Of a stretch of DNA of 64,000 nucleotides, positions 26,155 to 38,884 are shown one piece after another. Each line of letters opens with the position of its first letter. Position 1 is the stretch's first letter. The stretch spans positions 106,702,001 through 106,766,000 of the forward strand of contig NC_043000.1 in assembly GCF_006345805.1 (NCBI RefSeq). Reading direction: 5' to 3'. The translations under genes and the position numbers were made by a program. The notes below the pieces were generated by a model, which had not been told where the DNA came from, did not search any database, and was given only the letters and a program-made list of their open reading frames with translations. The stretch comes from Octopus sinensis. Lineage: Eukaryota.

Positions 26155-28420
26155 AAAGTTAAATAAAAAATATATCAAGATAGTATAAGATACAGTGATG
26201 CAAAGTGTAAGATACAGTGATGCAAACTGATGCAAAGTGATGAATAATCGTATTCTATAGAAAATATATATAAATATTTTCTTAAAAAGAATTATTTAAG
26301 ATTGATAAAAAGGAATTTGGTCATGTGTTTTCATGAGAAACTCTTTCATCCCTAGTGTTAATCAGATTTTCATTCATTCTCATTATGCTATAGCTTTCTT
26401 CCAAACATAACCTACAAATTTTATTATTATATCTGTAAGAGGGGGGAAGAAGATAGGATTTTCCAAGAAATTGAGGAATCAGTATTGTTTCTTTTGAGGT
26501 ACCAAATTTGTTTTTAGATAGACCTGTGCTATTCTCTTTTCTAGGGTCCCTAAAAGAAGATCTATACGCGATTTAATAGAATTTTCCGTGCAATCCACGT
26601 ATATATATTTAGAGGAGCCCTGAGTAATAATAGTTGCTTGGTATACAACTTCTTTCAGTTTGCAATATTTATCTACTTCACAGGCATTTGAGCCTCTACA
26701 ATTACAATTTAAATTATTGGGTGGTACTATGGAGTTATGTCTATATTTATTATATATAGACATGGAGTTCTGGTTATTATCATAATAGTAGTTGTTAATT
26801 ATAGGATTATTGGAGGTACTAGGTACATTTAACGAATTTTGTTTTATTATAGAATAGATCCAGTTCCTTTTTGTTAAAAGAAGAGATTATCCTAAAGAGA
26901 TTTGGAGAGACTGAAAATCTGAATCTAATTTTTTTATTATTAAATATTTTTGTATATTTGGAGTTTTTAAACTTTTTATCTATTATCATTCTAATGGATC
27001 AAATGAAGTTAGATTTTAGATGTTTGGCAAAAGGTATTATGATCCAAGTAGTGTTATTGCTGTTTTCTTTATTGGAATGATGGGTTGTGTTTGGGGGTGG
27101 GGGGTCAGCTATTCTCACACAAGATATTGGTTTCGTTTTAGCTATTCTATTTCCATCTACATTAATTTGAGATTTATGGTTATGTGTATTATTGAAGGGA
27201 TTAGGGGAGTTTAGATTATTTTCATTTTTTCTGCTAATTGGTTTAATTTTCCTGTTTTTATCTATAACTAAGGAGTTTTGGTGTTTGTTGTCAGTATTCA
27301 TGGGTTTATTAATATTAGTATTAGTGTAGTTAGTAAGGTGGGGAATTGCTAAAAATTATATTATTTTCTTCCTTTAGTAAAGTTATGGCTATGGTGCTCG
27401 TATTGACTAAGTTTATTAGTATGTTTATTGTAGTTGTAATTTTCGTGTTTTGTGCTAAGGTTATGTCGATGACTATTATTGAGAGTTTTTTTTATATGCT
27501 TATGGGGTGTACTAATTCATTAGGTGACTTAGGTCCACTAATATTATCTACGTTATTCATTTCAAGATAAAGCTTGGTATTATTAGTATTGATGCTGTCG
27601 TTTTTATTGTACTTAATTTGTTAAATATTTCTTCATTAGAGGATAATAGATTAATTCTTCTCTCTATGTTGGCCAGGTTTTCTATAATGTTACAAGCTTG
27701 GTTACTTTGAGCGTTTATGTATGTGATATTGTTGTTGGGTTTATGGTAAGGCTGATGGGAGGAAGTATTAATATTGAAGTTAACGTCCTGGAAGCTCACA
27801 GATTTGTTATTTTTATCAATAGCAATGGATAATCCTTGTTTTTTTATAAAATCGTGTAGTATCTTTTGTAAAGTTTAAGTTTTCTGTTGGAGGTATTTCT
27901 AACTAAGAATAGAGCGTCGTCCCAGTAAAGACCACCTTCCAATTCAGGAAATTCTTCTTTAAGTTTGTGTAGTAGGTAAATCCCGACTAAATCGGTTACC
28001 TCTGCGGAGTCTTGTGCACCCATAGTTACATCGAAACAGTCTTGTGTATCTTTCTTGGTCCTTTATTTACCATCATGAAATATTATAGTCTTCCTAACTT
28101 CAAGTATGATTTTTATTTCTTTCATTGATAATTTAGTCCTATTCTTGGCGAAGATAAGTGATTTATTTAGTAAGATGGGGTTAATGGATTGGTAGTAGTT
28201 GTCTATGACCTGTTGGATGAATTTGCATCTTTTCTTATCTTGAAGATTAGTGAACCAGTTGACTACATCTAGTGTTTTAGACCACAGGCGGAGTTTTATT
28301 TTGGATTTCAATAATTTTAGGTATTTGTCTATGATAATTTTGCTAAGTTTTCCGATGTCAAATTTGCAAGGGCAGGTGAGCTTTACCTTTGGATCAGTAT
28401 GAAAGTTAGGGTTGTAAAAA
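26155..28420 (-). mobile_element. Penelope-like retroelement, Neptune-type, 5'-truncated and pseudogenised (RT + GIY-YIG)
   Basis: RT motifs FIQQVIDNYYQSI, FDVTMGAQDSAEVTDLVGIYLL and GGLYWDDAL. Thumb PYHKPNNNITYINAQSN. Endonuclease CNCRGSNAC..C..VVYQA..YIYVDCTE and ISWKIL..CRLCLEE. The 3' end abuts (TA)n. Confidence 0.92.
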
Positions 28421-28699
28421 TTTTGTTTCTAAAAAATTTGTTTCTACTTCTTGCGCTGAAAAGTACAGTGATACATAATTAATTTAATTCAATTTCATTA
28501 ATTTAATTATTTCTATTCAACCATGAATTTGCATGATTTTTATACCGCTGTACGAAACGATCGTCTGCATGAATTAACATTCTCTTGTATATTTTAACAT
28601 CTCTTCTCCATTTTTAACAAAAACGTTGAGTTTTATGGGATTCCTTTCCATAAATTCACAACATACCGTATATATATACGTCTACATAACAGCTTACTA

Positions 28700-29720
28700 A
28701 CAACTCTGTCTGTGTGTATGTAAACTGCGGGTATTGGAGCATGACTACCTTCTACGTATATTTTCTATTTAGTACTGGGGATGTTTTATTTATGAGGACG
28801 TACTCCTGTATTTGTCTGAGTGTTGGGTCCTTCGGGGCTTGGATAAAATGCAGATGTCAAGTTGATCAAGTGTGCTTCCATGTAGGTCTTTGGCATGATG
28901 CTCGAGTATGGAGGACTGTTTTTTGTCGTCATATTGTTTCAAATGTCCAATGCTTCTAAATGTCTCGCCTATGTATATCTTGTTCTTATCTTTACAAGTC
29001 CCTCTATGGACCTTATGCTGTAGACTACATTTCTAGTCCTAAAGTTAATGCCAGCGTTAATCTTACATACCATGCAGTTCTCATTGGTGCATGTGGTATT
29101 CTCAAAAGGGCACGTCCTACATAGTTGTGATCTAATGGAGCTCCCTGACTTTTCAAAGATATTAATGTTGAGTTTGGACTCTTTCAAGAGCCTTCCTAAA
29201 TCTTCAGGCTAGTTCTCCATGGGCTGTGGCCTCTATAAATACTTCTTGATATTCGTCGGCTTTGTACCACGTGTTCACCTTGTTTGCTTTGTCACAAACT
29301 CTTTGTATCCTATTCCAGTCTTTACTTCTATATCTAAGGCAGGTATCACTAGTTTCGTTACATATAATGCTATCTAACTTCTTTCTAGCTCCCCTGTATA
29401 CCCGGAATCTATCTTTCTGGATATATCCAGAGAATTGCATGTGGTGCATGAGGTTCTGTACATGTTTCTTTGTTTCATAGGGTTTGCATAATGGGGACAC
29501 ATTATCTTAAGTCTGCTATCAGTATGTTGATTGTCATGTTGTGTGACAAAGCTGAATTCTTGTGAACAACATATTTAGACGCTCTGGGTTTCATGTAATA
29601 GGAGTGGAGGTAGCTGTACTCTGTTGTTCATAGTCTCTAACCAATTTCCGTATCAAGGACAGGGAGTCTAGTGGGGTAATGGGATAATTGAAATCTTTGA
29701 ACTCCTGCAATTTCAGTCGC
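28700..29720 (-). mobile_element. Penelope-like retroelement remnant, probably Naiad-type (thumb + Cys linker + GIY-YIG)
   Basis: LPVLDT..YYMKPRASKYVVHKNSAL; MQFSGY..RYRSKDW..WY; CPF..CTNENCMVC..VVYSI; YIGETFRS..LRQIQEYVLINKTSPVLNRK. Clade assignment is from recalled motifs. Confidence 0.85.
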
Positions 29721-29849
29721 TCCGGATTGACTTTCACTATTAACTATGTCAGATGTGTAAGTTGATCTAAAATTTAACACATATTTAAAAAGCCTTCAAC
29801 ACTTCGAATACTCACTGATTCTAGCTTAGGAATTTCTCTGCATGTATCA

Positions 29850-31650
29850 ACCACATGCTGCTTCACTCGGAATCGCCTCTTTGAATATTGGTAATTAATT
29901 AAAGATGAAATTAATAAACTGAAATTAATAAATTATACTTTCAAAGTCGTCATGGCATTTATAAGTTGATGAAGCCAACAGAAGTGTTGACAAAAACAGT
30001 GAACTGCTAAGCATCTACCATTAACAAATACACAAAGCTAGCTGTATTTTTTGTTCTACATATTAATGATGTTTTGATCTAAATCCTCATTTCAGTACTG
30101 ATGACCATCGGTCGGTACATTATCAAGTGCACTTATCTCTCTGGAAGCAACATTTTGCATTTTATGAGACAAATAGTTATTCCAGTTTACACTATTGCCG
30201 CTTGGAGTTACAAATTGAATACTAACTTTTAAGGTAAGATCTGAAACCTAAACAAATAAGTAGTAGACTACGTTGGGAGATATTTTTGTAGCAAGGTAAG
30301 GAGAGAAACTGTTAAAAACTTTAAAAGAAGCTGCTCATTATTTTGATGATGCAGTGATATGTGGAGAAAATAAAATGATTCATTATGAAAATTTGAAAGC
30401 TTTCCTTAAATATACCCATGATGTAGGATTGTTATTCAACTCTAAATACGTGAACTCAGCATGGCAGTGTCAGTGTTCTAAGGTCACATTTTAGAGAAAC
30501 TAAGATGCTACCAGACCCTCAGAGATTGATGCTACTATAATGAGTTACCTGTTTTTGGAAATTCCAAGGAATTTGAGCGATTTATTGGATTAATTGTGTT
30601 GTATTCAAAATGGGATAAAACTGCAGCATCCTAGTTTGTAGCTAAAGAATACCAACTTATATAATTGTCAGCTGAATGACTTGAAGTAATTAAGAAATGG
30701 AAAGATAGTGCTTCAGTGGCTTCGTTATTTGTTTCAACGTTCAGTTAATTTCATTCGAAACAGATGCATCTCTATTATTAATAGGTTCTATTCTAATGCA
30801 AAATGGGCAACCAATTTGCTTCTATTCACATAAATTGAATAACATTGAAAAGAAATGACCGTCTGTAGAATTAGTCCCTTTGCAATAAGTTGAAAAAAAA
30901 AAGGAATTACAGATCAATAAGAAATAAATTTCGTTGGAGATTACTGATTTCACAGCTCTGAATACGAAATACATTAGTGTATTAGAATTCGGTCGCATAA
31001 GCTTTAAGTATAATTTATGCAGTTGCTACAGATAATGAATATATGTCAAATTATGAGCAGATTAATATAACAATGGAAATTCATCAATAGATAGGACGCC
31101 CTGGCTTAGATAGACAAGAGAAATTGTTTGAAAAGATTCAATTATAATGACTCATTAAGAAGCATGTTATGGATAAAATTAGTTTATGTAATTTCAGTGC
31201 AAAGTTAAAACCTCGGATCATAAAAATAACAAGGAACAATTTATGCAATAAACAAAAGCAAAAACAAAAATAAAACCACGGTAGGACCAGGACAATGACC
31301 AATTAATACAACTCTTGTGTTTTGACACAGTACTCAATTGTTTTATAGTTATACTTTTGTTTTAGCCTTAAGAAAAGGAATTTTTCAATCTGTTATTAAA
31401 TGCCTCTCCCCATTATTCATTGTGGCTTTCAATTTGAAAGAACTAAATTCTAGAAATTTTTAATAAGACGGAATATTAAAAAAAACTTGAACAACTCATA
31501 ACAGTCCTTCATCAAACGGATAAAGTGAACAACACAAGTGGAGTGACATAAAAAAAACCTACTCAGTTGTTTCTAATGGAGCAAAAAAAGGTGTGGTGGA
31601 AATCAAACAATGGTGCGAAGAATTCTCATGTGTTTTAATGAATATTAGAT
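29850..31650 (+). mobile_element. highly decayed Ty3/gypsy pol (RT, RNase H, integrase fragment)
   Basis: LPLGVTN (~30195); YFDDAVICGENKMIHYENLKAFL (~30340); ETDASLLLIGSILMQNGQPICFYSHKL (~30757); YSPSSNG*SE (~31500). Order is RT-RH-INT. Confidence 0.8.
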
Positions 31651-31946
31651 TATTACCTTCCAGATTTTTTTTTAATGTTTAATTTTACTCATACTTCAAC
31701 ACTGGAGAAACAAGAAGATTTTAATGTTAATTCTCCGACTTTGACTGACTGCATTCTGATCGAGTGGTCCTTGAAAATCAATGCATCTATAAAAATCAAA
31801 CAAAAAGCAAAACAGATTATCCACAAACAAAAATGATTTTTTAATTGAAAAGATGTTAGGGAAACATTGTCTTATCACCACGTCTTGATTTTATTTGCAT
31901 CAGGGTCAGGGATGACAGATATGGTCCCAACTATTTGTCCAGATCT

Positions 31947-32469
31947 CTTGAATCGCTGTTGCTTGTTCGTCATCGGAGAATACCTCCTTCCGTTAAATGC
32001 TGTTCTATGCGCACACCTTGATAACGTTGATTAAAACTGTAAACCTTTGCTCATACCTTTCTTTCTCGAGCAAATACCTATACAACAGAGATGATAATAG
32101 CAATGATGCATCTGCTCATTCTTAAGCGGTTCTGGCAGATTCGGACGTGAATGTCTGATCGTTGTTTTTCAACAGAGAATAACTCTCTTTAGACAATGCT
32201 TGTTCATAACACACGTGATTCACTGTGTAAAATTATTTCAAGACACCGTAGTGTTTTGACCTCGTTGTGTGTCTCCACAGTCAAAATTATCCCACCGGAC
32301 CGATGAAGCTAACAAGAACACGAGGCCTTGTTCATAGGAATTAGCATCTAAATTGTTTGCTGATGAGTGATGATGTCTGCCAAACGGATAACAATTTATG
32401 GTGTGCACATAGAACAGCATTTAACGGAAGAAGGTATTCTCCGATGACGAACAAACAACAGCGATCAAG
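31947..32469. repeat. inverted repeat with ~75-bp arms enclosing ~370 bp (MITE or fold-back element)
   Basis: ATCGCTGTTGCTTGTTCGTCATCGGAGAATACCTCCTTCCGTTAAATGCTGTTCTATGCGCACACC and its reverse complement at 32400-32469. Confidence 0.85.
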
Positions 32470-33358
32470 TATTCCCTTTGAAATCTACCAGAATGTTTTG
32501 AGAATGAATAGATATATTATTTAGTTTCTCACTGTTCTGCGAGCACTCCGTGAATACTAATGATGTTATAGTTCTGGAAAGAGTCGACGGTGAGGTCATG
32601 CCAAATCGCCATGCAAGCAACAGTTACAAAAGACCAAAAACACCAAGAAAATGTCTGTTTATTTGAATTATTGTATGAATAATACTAAACAATGACTGCA
32701 TTTTTTCTGTATTTTGTGTGACTAACTACAATGTTTTTGAGTTACTTCTGAATAATTAGTGTGTAGATATTACTTCTAAACGCTCTTTAATTTCGGTGCG
32801 GTGAGTGTATATTGAATATTCTATAATTATATACTTTTACACGAAATAATTAGTAACGTTGCGGTGGTGGCTTACTATTCCAGAGTACATAGAAACAGCA
32901 GAGTGATATCAAATCACGTGTTATTTTGAGAGAATTCGGTGCACATCCGTTATTGATCCAGCCAAATCGCTGCGTTATTAATAAATATGCATGAAATGAC
33001 TATGTGTCGACAACGTCTGGCATGAAATACATCTCTGATAATGTATCGTCTCTTAAATTTCGGGCGACAACAATAAGTTAAGTATTGAATCGATAAAGAT
33101 CGTTAGAATAAGTACTAAACTGAAATAACCACAGGATCGATGTGATCAACTAAAGCCGACTCAACATAACTGCTGGTGGATGACATAAACCAATACGAAA
33201 GAATAAAAGACAGGTGTATGTGTGTGCGCGCGCGCATATGTGTTTGAGTGTTTGTGTGCTTATACCTATCTCTCTATAAGTACGTATGTATGTATGTATG
33301 TATAGTTATACACGCACGTATGTGTGTATATATATATATATACAAACACACACACGCA

Positions 33359-33509
33359 CATAATAAATGCATAAATAAACTCAGACACAGAAGGTCGCCA
33401 AATCCTCATCAACTTAAGATGCGAAATTGCGTTGATCTTTTGGCTGATAACTGATAAGGATTTGGCGACATTCTGTGTCTGTTTTCCGTTTGTTTGTGCA
33501 TATATTATG
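33359..33509. repeat. hairpin element
   Basis: CAGACACAGAAGGTCGCCAAATCCTCATCA / TGATAAGGATTTGGCGACATTCTGTGTCTG plus outer arms. Confidence 0.85.
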
Positions 33510-33568
33510 GGTTTTAACTTATTGAATGGAATGCCACGTTCTGTCGCTTATTTATTTTCAGTAAGTGC

Positions 33569-33601
<33 letters not shown>

Positions 33602-33611
<10 letters not shown>

Positions 33612-33812
33612 TAACAATGAGGGTCTTTGCAACAAGTTGCTAGACCACCTACCGAAAGTATTAGAAATTCGGTATGTGGTCTAGCAACTTGTTGCAAAGA
33701 CCCTCATTGTTATAATTATATAAACTTTTACCGAATATGGTCCTTTTCCATACCGAAATACTACTTGGTGAAATTTGTTGATTTTATTAAATTAATCATA
33801 TTTCACTCTTTA

Positions 33813-33815
<3 letters not shown>
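33602..33815 (+). mobile_element. near-perfect 55-bp hairpin fused to the terminal segment of the 15.2-kb element family, inside (TA)n
   Basis: Arms 33602-33656 / 33668-33722 with one mismatch. 33723-33812 resembles the reverse complement of 15205-15300. Confidence 0.85.
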
Positions 33816-33880
<65 letters not shown>

Positions 33881-34021
33881 CACACACGCACATATATATA
33901 CACATACATATATATATAAATATATACATACATGGATACATACACACACATACATACATACATACATACATACATACATACATAATACATACATACATAC
34001 ATACATATATATATATATATA

Positions 34022-34159
34022 TTCTTTATTTGTAAATTAAGGCTACCATTAGTTTCACCTTTCTCCATATGATCGACCTGAAAATTGTTAAGATACCTGG
34101 ATATTCTCCTACTTTTCTGAACATGAAACCAATGGTAGCCTTAATTCACAAATAAAGAA
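34022..34159. repeat. hairpin element with ~36-bp arms next to (TA)n
   Basis: TTCTTTATTTGTAAATTAAGGCTACCATTAGTTTCA / TGAAACCAATGGTAGCCTTAATTCACAAATAAAGAA. Confidence 0.85.
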
Positions 34160-34229
34160 ATTATTTATTTACTAATGCGGTGTTGAGCATTCATTCTAAC
34201 GCTCTACATTTACGTATATATATATATAC

Positions 34230-35250
34230 ATACTTGGAGAAATCAAAAGTTATCAGCACTTTCGCAAAAACTATTTAAAGTTGGCCACACAGTCCTGGCG
34301 TGCTAAAAGTAGTACTCTTGAAACTACATAACTGAAGTTCGATCATGGTCGTTTTAGTTTTCTTTTTTTGTGTTACAGACTAAACATGGCTGCACAGCTT
34401 TAGGTAAATATCACCTCTATTTTCAAGCCCCAACATGGATCTAACGCTGACGATGAAAAGGCCTGCCGTTTTCATCGCCTTAGCCACCAATGACAGAATT
34501 TCTGAGACTGCAATGTTATTAAATGTCGCTAGGTCCTTCGGGTTTAAGATAAAAACGAGCTCCTGGCCTCTGGCAGAAATGTATCTTTCATGATAAAAAA
34601 AAAAGCATTCTCGACAGTCACTACATTGTCGAAGTTCAGGGCACCATGAACGAGAATACCGGCAAGTCAGTGAGGGTCATTGACGAGCCAATGATTATTT
34701 GTGTGATGCAGAAGACATTAGGTACAAACATTGAGATATGAGAAGAGGACAGTTCAACAGTAAGGTCTGGGAGAACTATGTGATCTGGTCGAAACACTTT
34801 CGGAACAAACTCAAGCACTTTGAGGAGCTTGATATGAGCTTGATATGCTCAGATTATTCTCAAACGAGAAGAACTTTATCCAAAGTTAAAAAGTAAGCAA
34901 GATTAATGACAGAAAGTACTGCGTCAGTCTCACTGAAGTTCCACTGTTATGTCCACCAAGTTACCATCGTCTGAGATGGTCTTAGGGGCCAGGAGCAATA
35001 AGAGCTATGTCACGCCTTCTCAGTTTTTCCCGTGAAGTCTTAGGGTCAATGCGGCGGCCTACATCGAGACAATAAAAAAGGTGGTCAAGCCCTGAATCGA
35101 GAGAGTTGCTCGGGTGAGGCTGTACGTGTTCCAACAAGACTCCGCACCCCTTCACACACCCTGCACGACCCAGGAGAGGATAACCGAAAAATTTCATGGT
35201 CCTGTTATCCCTAACATTTGACCTACGAGCTCTCCTGGTTTAGTCCTCCA
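34230..35250 (+). mobile_element. decayed Tc1/mariner DD37D (maT)-like transposon
   Basis: FSNEKNF; VMSTKLPSSEMVLG..RVNAAAYIETIKKVVKP*I..YVFQQDSAPLH..*PTSSPGL. Confidence 0.85.
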
Positions 35251-35606
35251 GGAGCGTGTATTATGCGCCGGTTTAGCTGTATTAGATAATAAACAATCAC
35301 GCACGCAAGCAAGCATACAAGCAAGCAATCACAGAGTTTTAGTATATATATATACACACTCAAACACCAAAATACTTATTGAACTCACACTTATATACTA
35401 TATGTATACATTCAAGTGCGTCTATATACATACAATGACACCCACATATGCGTACAGGTTTGTACATATAGGCTGAAGAAAGAGGTAGAGAGGACAATTT
35501 TGTGAATGATCGCACTCAAGAATATACGCATCCTCTACCCCTGTACACGCACACACACACACAACTTCGCGCGCACTCATATAAAGCATACATACTAGAA
35601 GCTACA

Positions 35607-35781
35607 TACTCTTTTACTTGTTTCAGTCATTAGTCGAGCAAATCGACTCCAGGACTCTTATTCTTTGTAAGCCTAGTACTTATTCTATCGGTCTCTTTTG
35701 CCGAACCGCTAGGTTACGGGGACCTAAACACACCAGCATCGGTTGTCAAGCTATGTTGGGAGGACAAACACAGACACAAAC

Positions 35782-35824
<43 letters not shown>

Positions 35825-35968
35825 TATATACGACGGACTTCTTTCAGTTTTCGTCTACCAAATCCACTCACAAGGGTTTGGTAGAAGACACTTGGCCAAG
35901 GTGCCACGCAGTGGGACTGAAACCGGAACTATGTGGTTGGTAAGCAAGCTACTTACCACTCCTACGCC
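35607..35968 (-). mobile_element. SINE family A
   Basis: Homology to 25614-26001. Confidence 0.9.
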
Positions 35969-36408
35969 TACAAAAAAGTTTCTCAAAATTTCCCTATTCT
36001 ACTAGACCAGGAGAGAGTTTTCAGAACTTATAAGACAATAAAAAAATCTAATATAGCAATTTTGCGAATACGTATTAGAATATCATTGTGTTACCAAAGT
36101 TTAGTTACTTTGTGTAATTTCTTAATGAAGTCATTAAAAGTTAGTGATTTGTGAGAGCATTAATATGTGAAAGTGAGAAAGTTAGTTGTAAACATAAAAT
36201 CAGCTTTTATATTCAATTTATTTCTAAATGTGCTTTTGTTATTGAAATGTTGGGAAAAAAGTTTTCACATAAATATTTCGTTAGAAATCGTATTAACACT
36301 TAAAATTTTTGCACACTGCATGAAGATGCAATCCAGTAGTTTGGCAAACTTACTCTTTGAAATTTCGGCTTTTAGGGAAAACCCGATTTCATATATACTT
36401 CCTCTCTC

Positions 36409-36455
<47 letters not shown>

Positions 36456-36531
36456 CTAGCCAAACTCTACTTAAGTTTCGCAAGTCTCGAATGAGTTTCT
36501 AACCAAACGATGTTTTTTTTTTAAATTTCAG

Positions 36532-36753
36532 CCGGAAAGGATTGTTATTGCTTTATACGTATCAGAAAAGTGTTGCAAAATTGAATCTTTTGTGTGTTAA
36601 CGTAGAACAGTTTTGCTTTCAAAACACTCCACATCACTTTGAGCTGCCTGGTTACATCGGAGTTTTAGAAGACACTTAAATGCATTAATTTTGTTTTGGA
36701 CTTTCAAAGATAGTATAATGGCATTCTGCAGTCAAACACTGACCCTCTTTCAA
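36532..36753 (+). other. candidate spliced exon (possible ATG at 36718, MAFCSQTLTLFQ, phase 0)
   Basis: Acceptor T10-AAATTTCAG and donor CAA|GTAAGT in unique sequence; no recognisable homology. Confidence 0.35.
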
Positions 36754-37330
36754 GTAAGTGAATATATAAAAAAGTTACTGATTTTTTTTTATACTCAACA
36801 CCATCTTTAACTTTTCTGGAAGTTCAAAGTGAATTTTAGGTAGAAATAAGATAATTTCTTCACTCAAATTTTAAAAACTGTGCTCACACTTTTTCGTGTG
36901 GATGACCAATGCACTTCAGCGTGGAGCAATAAAGTTCCATACAGACTCTCCATGTTATTACATTATAAACTGAAGATTTAATTTCAGATCTTAAGGGATA
37001 AGTTTCACTGCTAATGCTTGGCAATCAAAAGTTTGGTATTTATTCTATCGGTGTCTTGGTCGGTCCAGAGCTTACGTAAACGCTTATCTAAGGTACTGCA
37101 CACCGGAACTGAACCCAAAATCATGCAGTTGTAAAGCGAACTTCTTAATCGCACAATCATGTCTGCCTCAAACGCACTTCAAAATGAATTAAGATTTAGA
37201 AAAAAAAATCGCACGAACAAATAGAAAATTTACTCTAATCTGAACATAAATATCAATGAGTCTCTCTCTATCACCCTCTCTTTTTCACTTATTCCTTCAT
37301 TCTCTCTCTCTCTCTCCATCTCTTTCTCAC

Positions 37331-37395
<65 letters not shown>

Positions 37396-37899
37396 CAGAC
37401 AGACAAACAGAGCGAGAGAGAGCGAAAGCGTACTGTTTCGTGATGGTGAGATCAACAAAAAAGGCACTCCACCTGGTGAGAGACATGAACTTTACTTAAT
37501 AAACACAATATATGTTTTTATGAGCTACTATGAATTTCATTTGATGAAAACAGCTCAAACAGCATTTTAAAACATGTCTGGTGCCTTCATGCAAACCTCA
37601 GGCAGTGCTCACATGAAATAACAAGATGATAGGACGAGAGAAAAAACGAGAAATGGCGAGAAGGGAGTAGATATTAAAAATGGAAGGTTGAAAAATCGGA
37701 AAACGAAAAAGAAAACGGAAAAAGCAAAAGGGGGTTAATTAGAGCTATGTCCGCAAAGTTATGAGGCTGAAAGGATAGTGGCTTAGAGTCTGCGGTACAG
37801 ATGCTCAATCCAGAGAGGGTGGTACTTTCCAATTCGCCAACAGGTACTTAACGATATATTTACAACCGCTTAAAATTTCAGATCTGGAATTCAGTAGTG

Positions 37900-38500
37900 C
37901 GGTAAGTGTTCTTAGATCTGAAAAGGATCTGTGTTCTTTCAGCTACGCATAGCTTACATTTTTTTTATCCGTTGACAAATGGTGTAAACTATTAAACTAT
38001 TTTCTACTTTATTGTATGTGGTGTGGCGTTAGACTTCAAACTCTATATGTGGCTAACAGACAAAGTGGTTGGCATAACGATTTTTGAAGTCACCTTCCCG
38101 TCGTCCAGTGTAGCTCTTCTTTTCGGTTATGTTATCATCTAGCGTTGCTGTAACTCTTGGCTCATATATGACGGATTTAATCATGCATCCCTAGTCGAAT
38201 GGACAGGTTCCTGGGTTTCGACAGTTACAACTGGACGTATGCTCTTGGTGGTGTTTGGCAGAATGATGCTCTTCGTATTGGTACAGCAGCTATATGATAA
38301 TTTAACTGAGCGCCTGTTGAATATGTTTCTGTATCTGTGATTTTCTGGAAAACGTTTGTCTAAGAGAGACAGGAATCTTTTACTTATTTTGGGTTTAACA
38401 TTAAGGGAAAAAGGGGGTGGGGCGAATCAAATTATTCTCCTAGGTCTATTTTTATTATTCGTATTATTATTAGGTCTAGTTTTATTATTCGTATTATTAT
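37900..38500 (-). mobile_element. second Neptune-type PLE remnant (linker + GIY-YIG)
   Basis: PFSLNVKPKISKRFLSLLDKRFPENHRYRNIFNRRSVKLSYSC..CNCRNPGTCPFD*GC..VIYE..YTGRREGDFKNRYANH. Confidence 0.88.
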
Positions 38501-38505
38501 GTATA

Positions 38506-38884
38506 TTCTTTTCTACTCTAGGTACAAGGCCCGAAACTTTTGGAGAGGGAGCCAGTCGATTAGATCGACCCCTGTACGCAACTGGTACTTAATTTATCGA
38601 CCCCGAAAGGATGAAAGGCAAAGTCGACCTCGGCGGAATTTGAACCCAGAACGTAACGACAGACGAAATACCTATTTCTTTACTACCCACAAGGGGCTAA
38701 ACACAGAGTGGACAAACAGGTAAGTCGATTACATCGACCCCAGTGCATAACTGGTACTTAATTTATCGACCCCGAAAGGATGAAAGGCAAAGTCGACCTC
38801 GGCAGAATTTGAACTCAGAACGTAACGGCAGACGAAATACCGTTAAGCGTTTCGCCCGGCGTGCTAACGTTTCTGCCAGCTCGC
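38506..38884 (-). mobile_element. SINE family B dimer
   Basis: Junction GAAATACCTATTTC at 38665. Confidence 0.9.

Noticed and set aside
28969-29187. Selenocysteine recoding as reported for some Naiad PLEs
   Set aside because: The Cys positions read TGC/TGT or missense codons, not TGA, and no SECIS was recognised.
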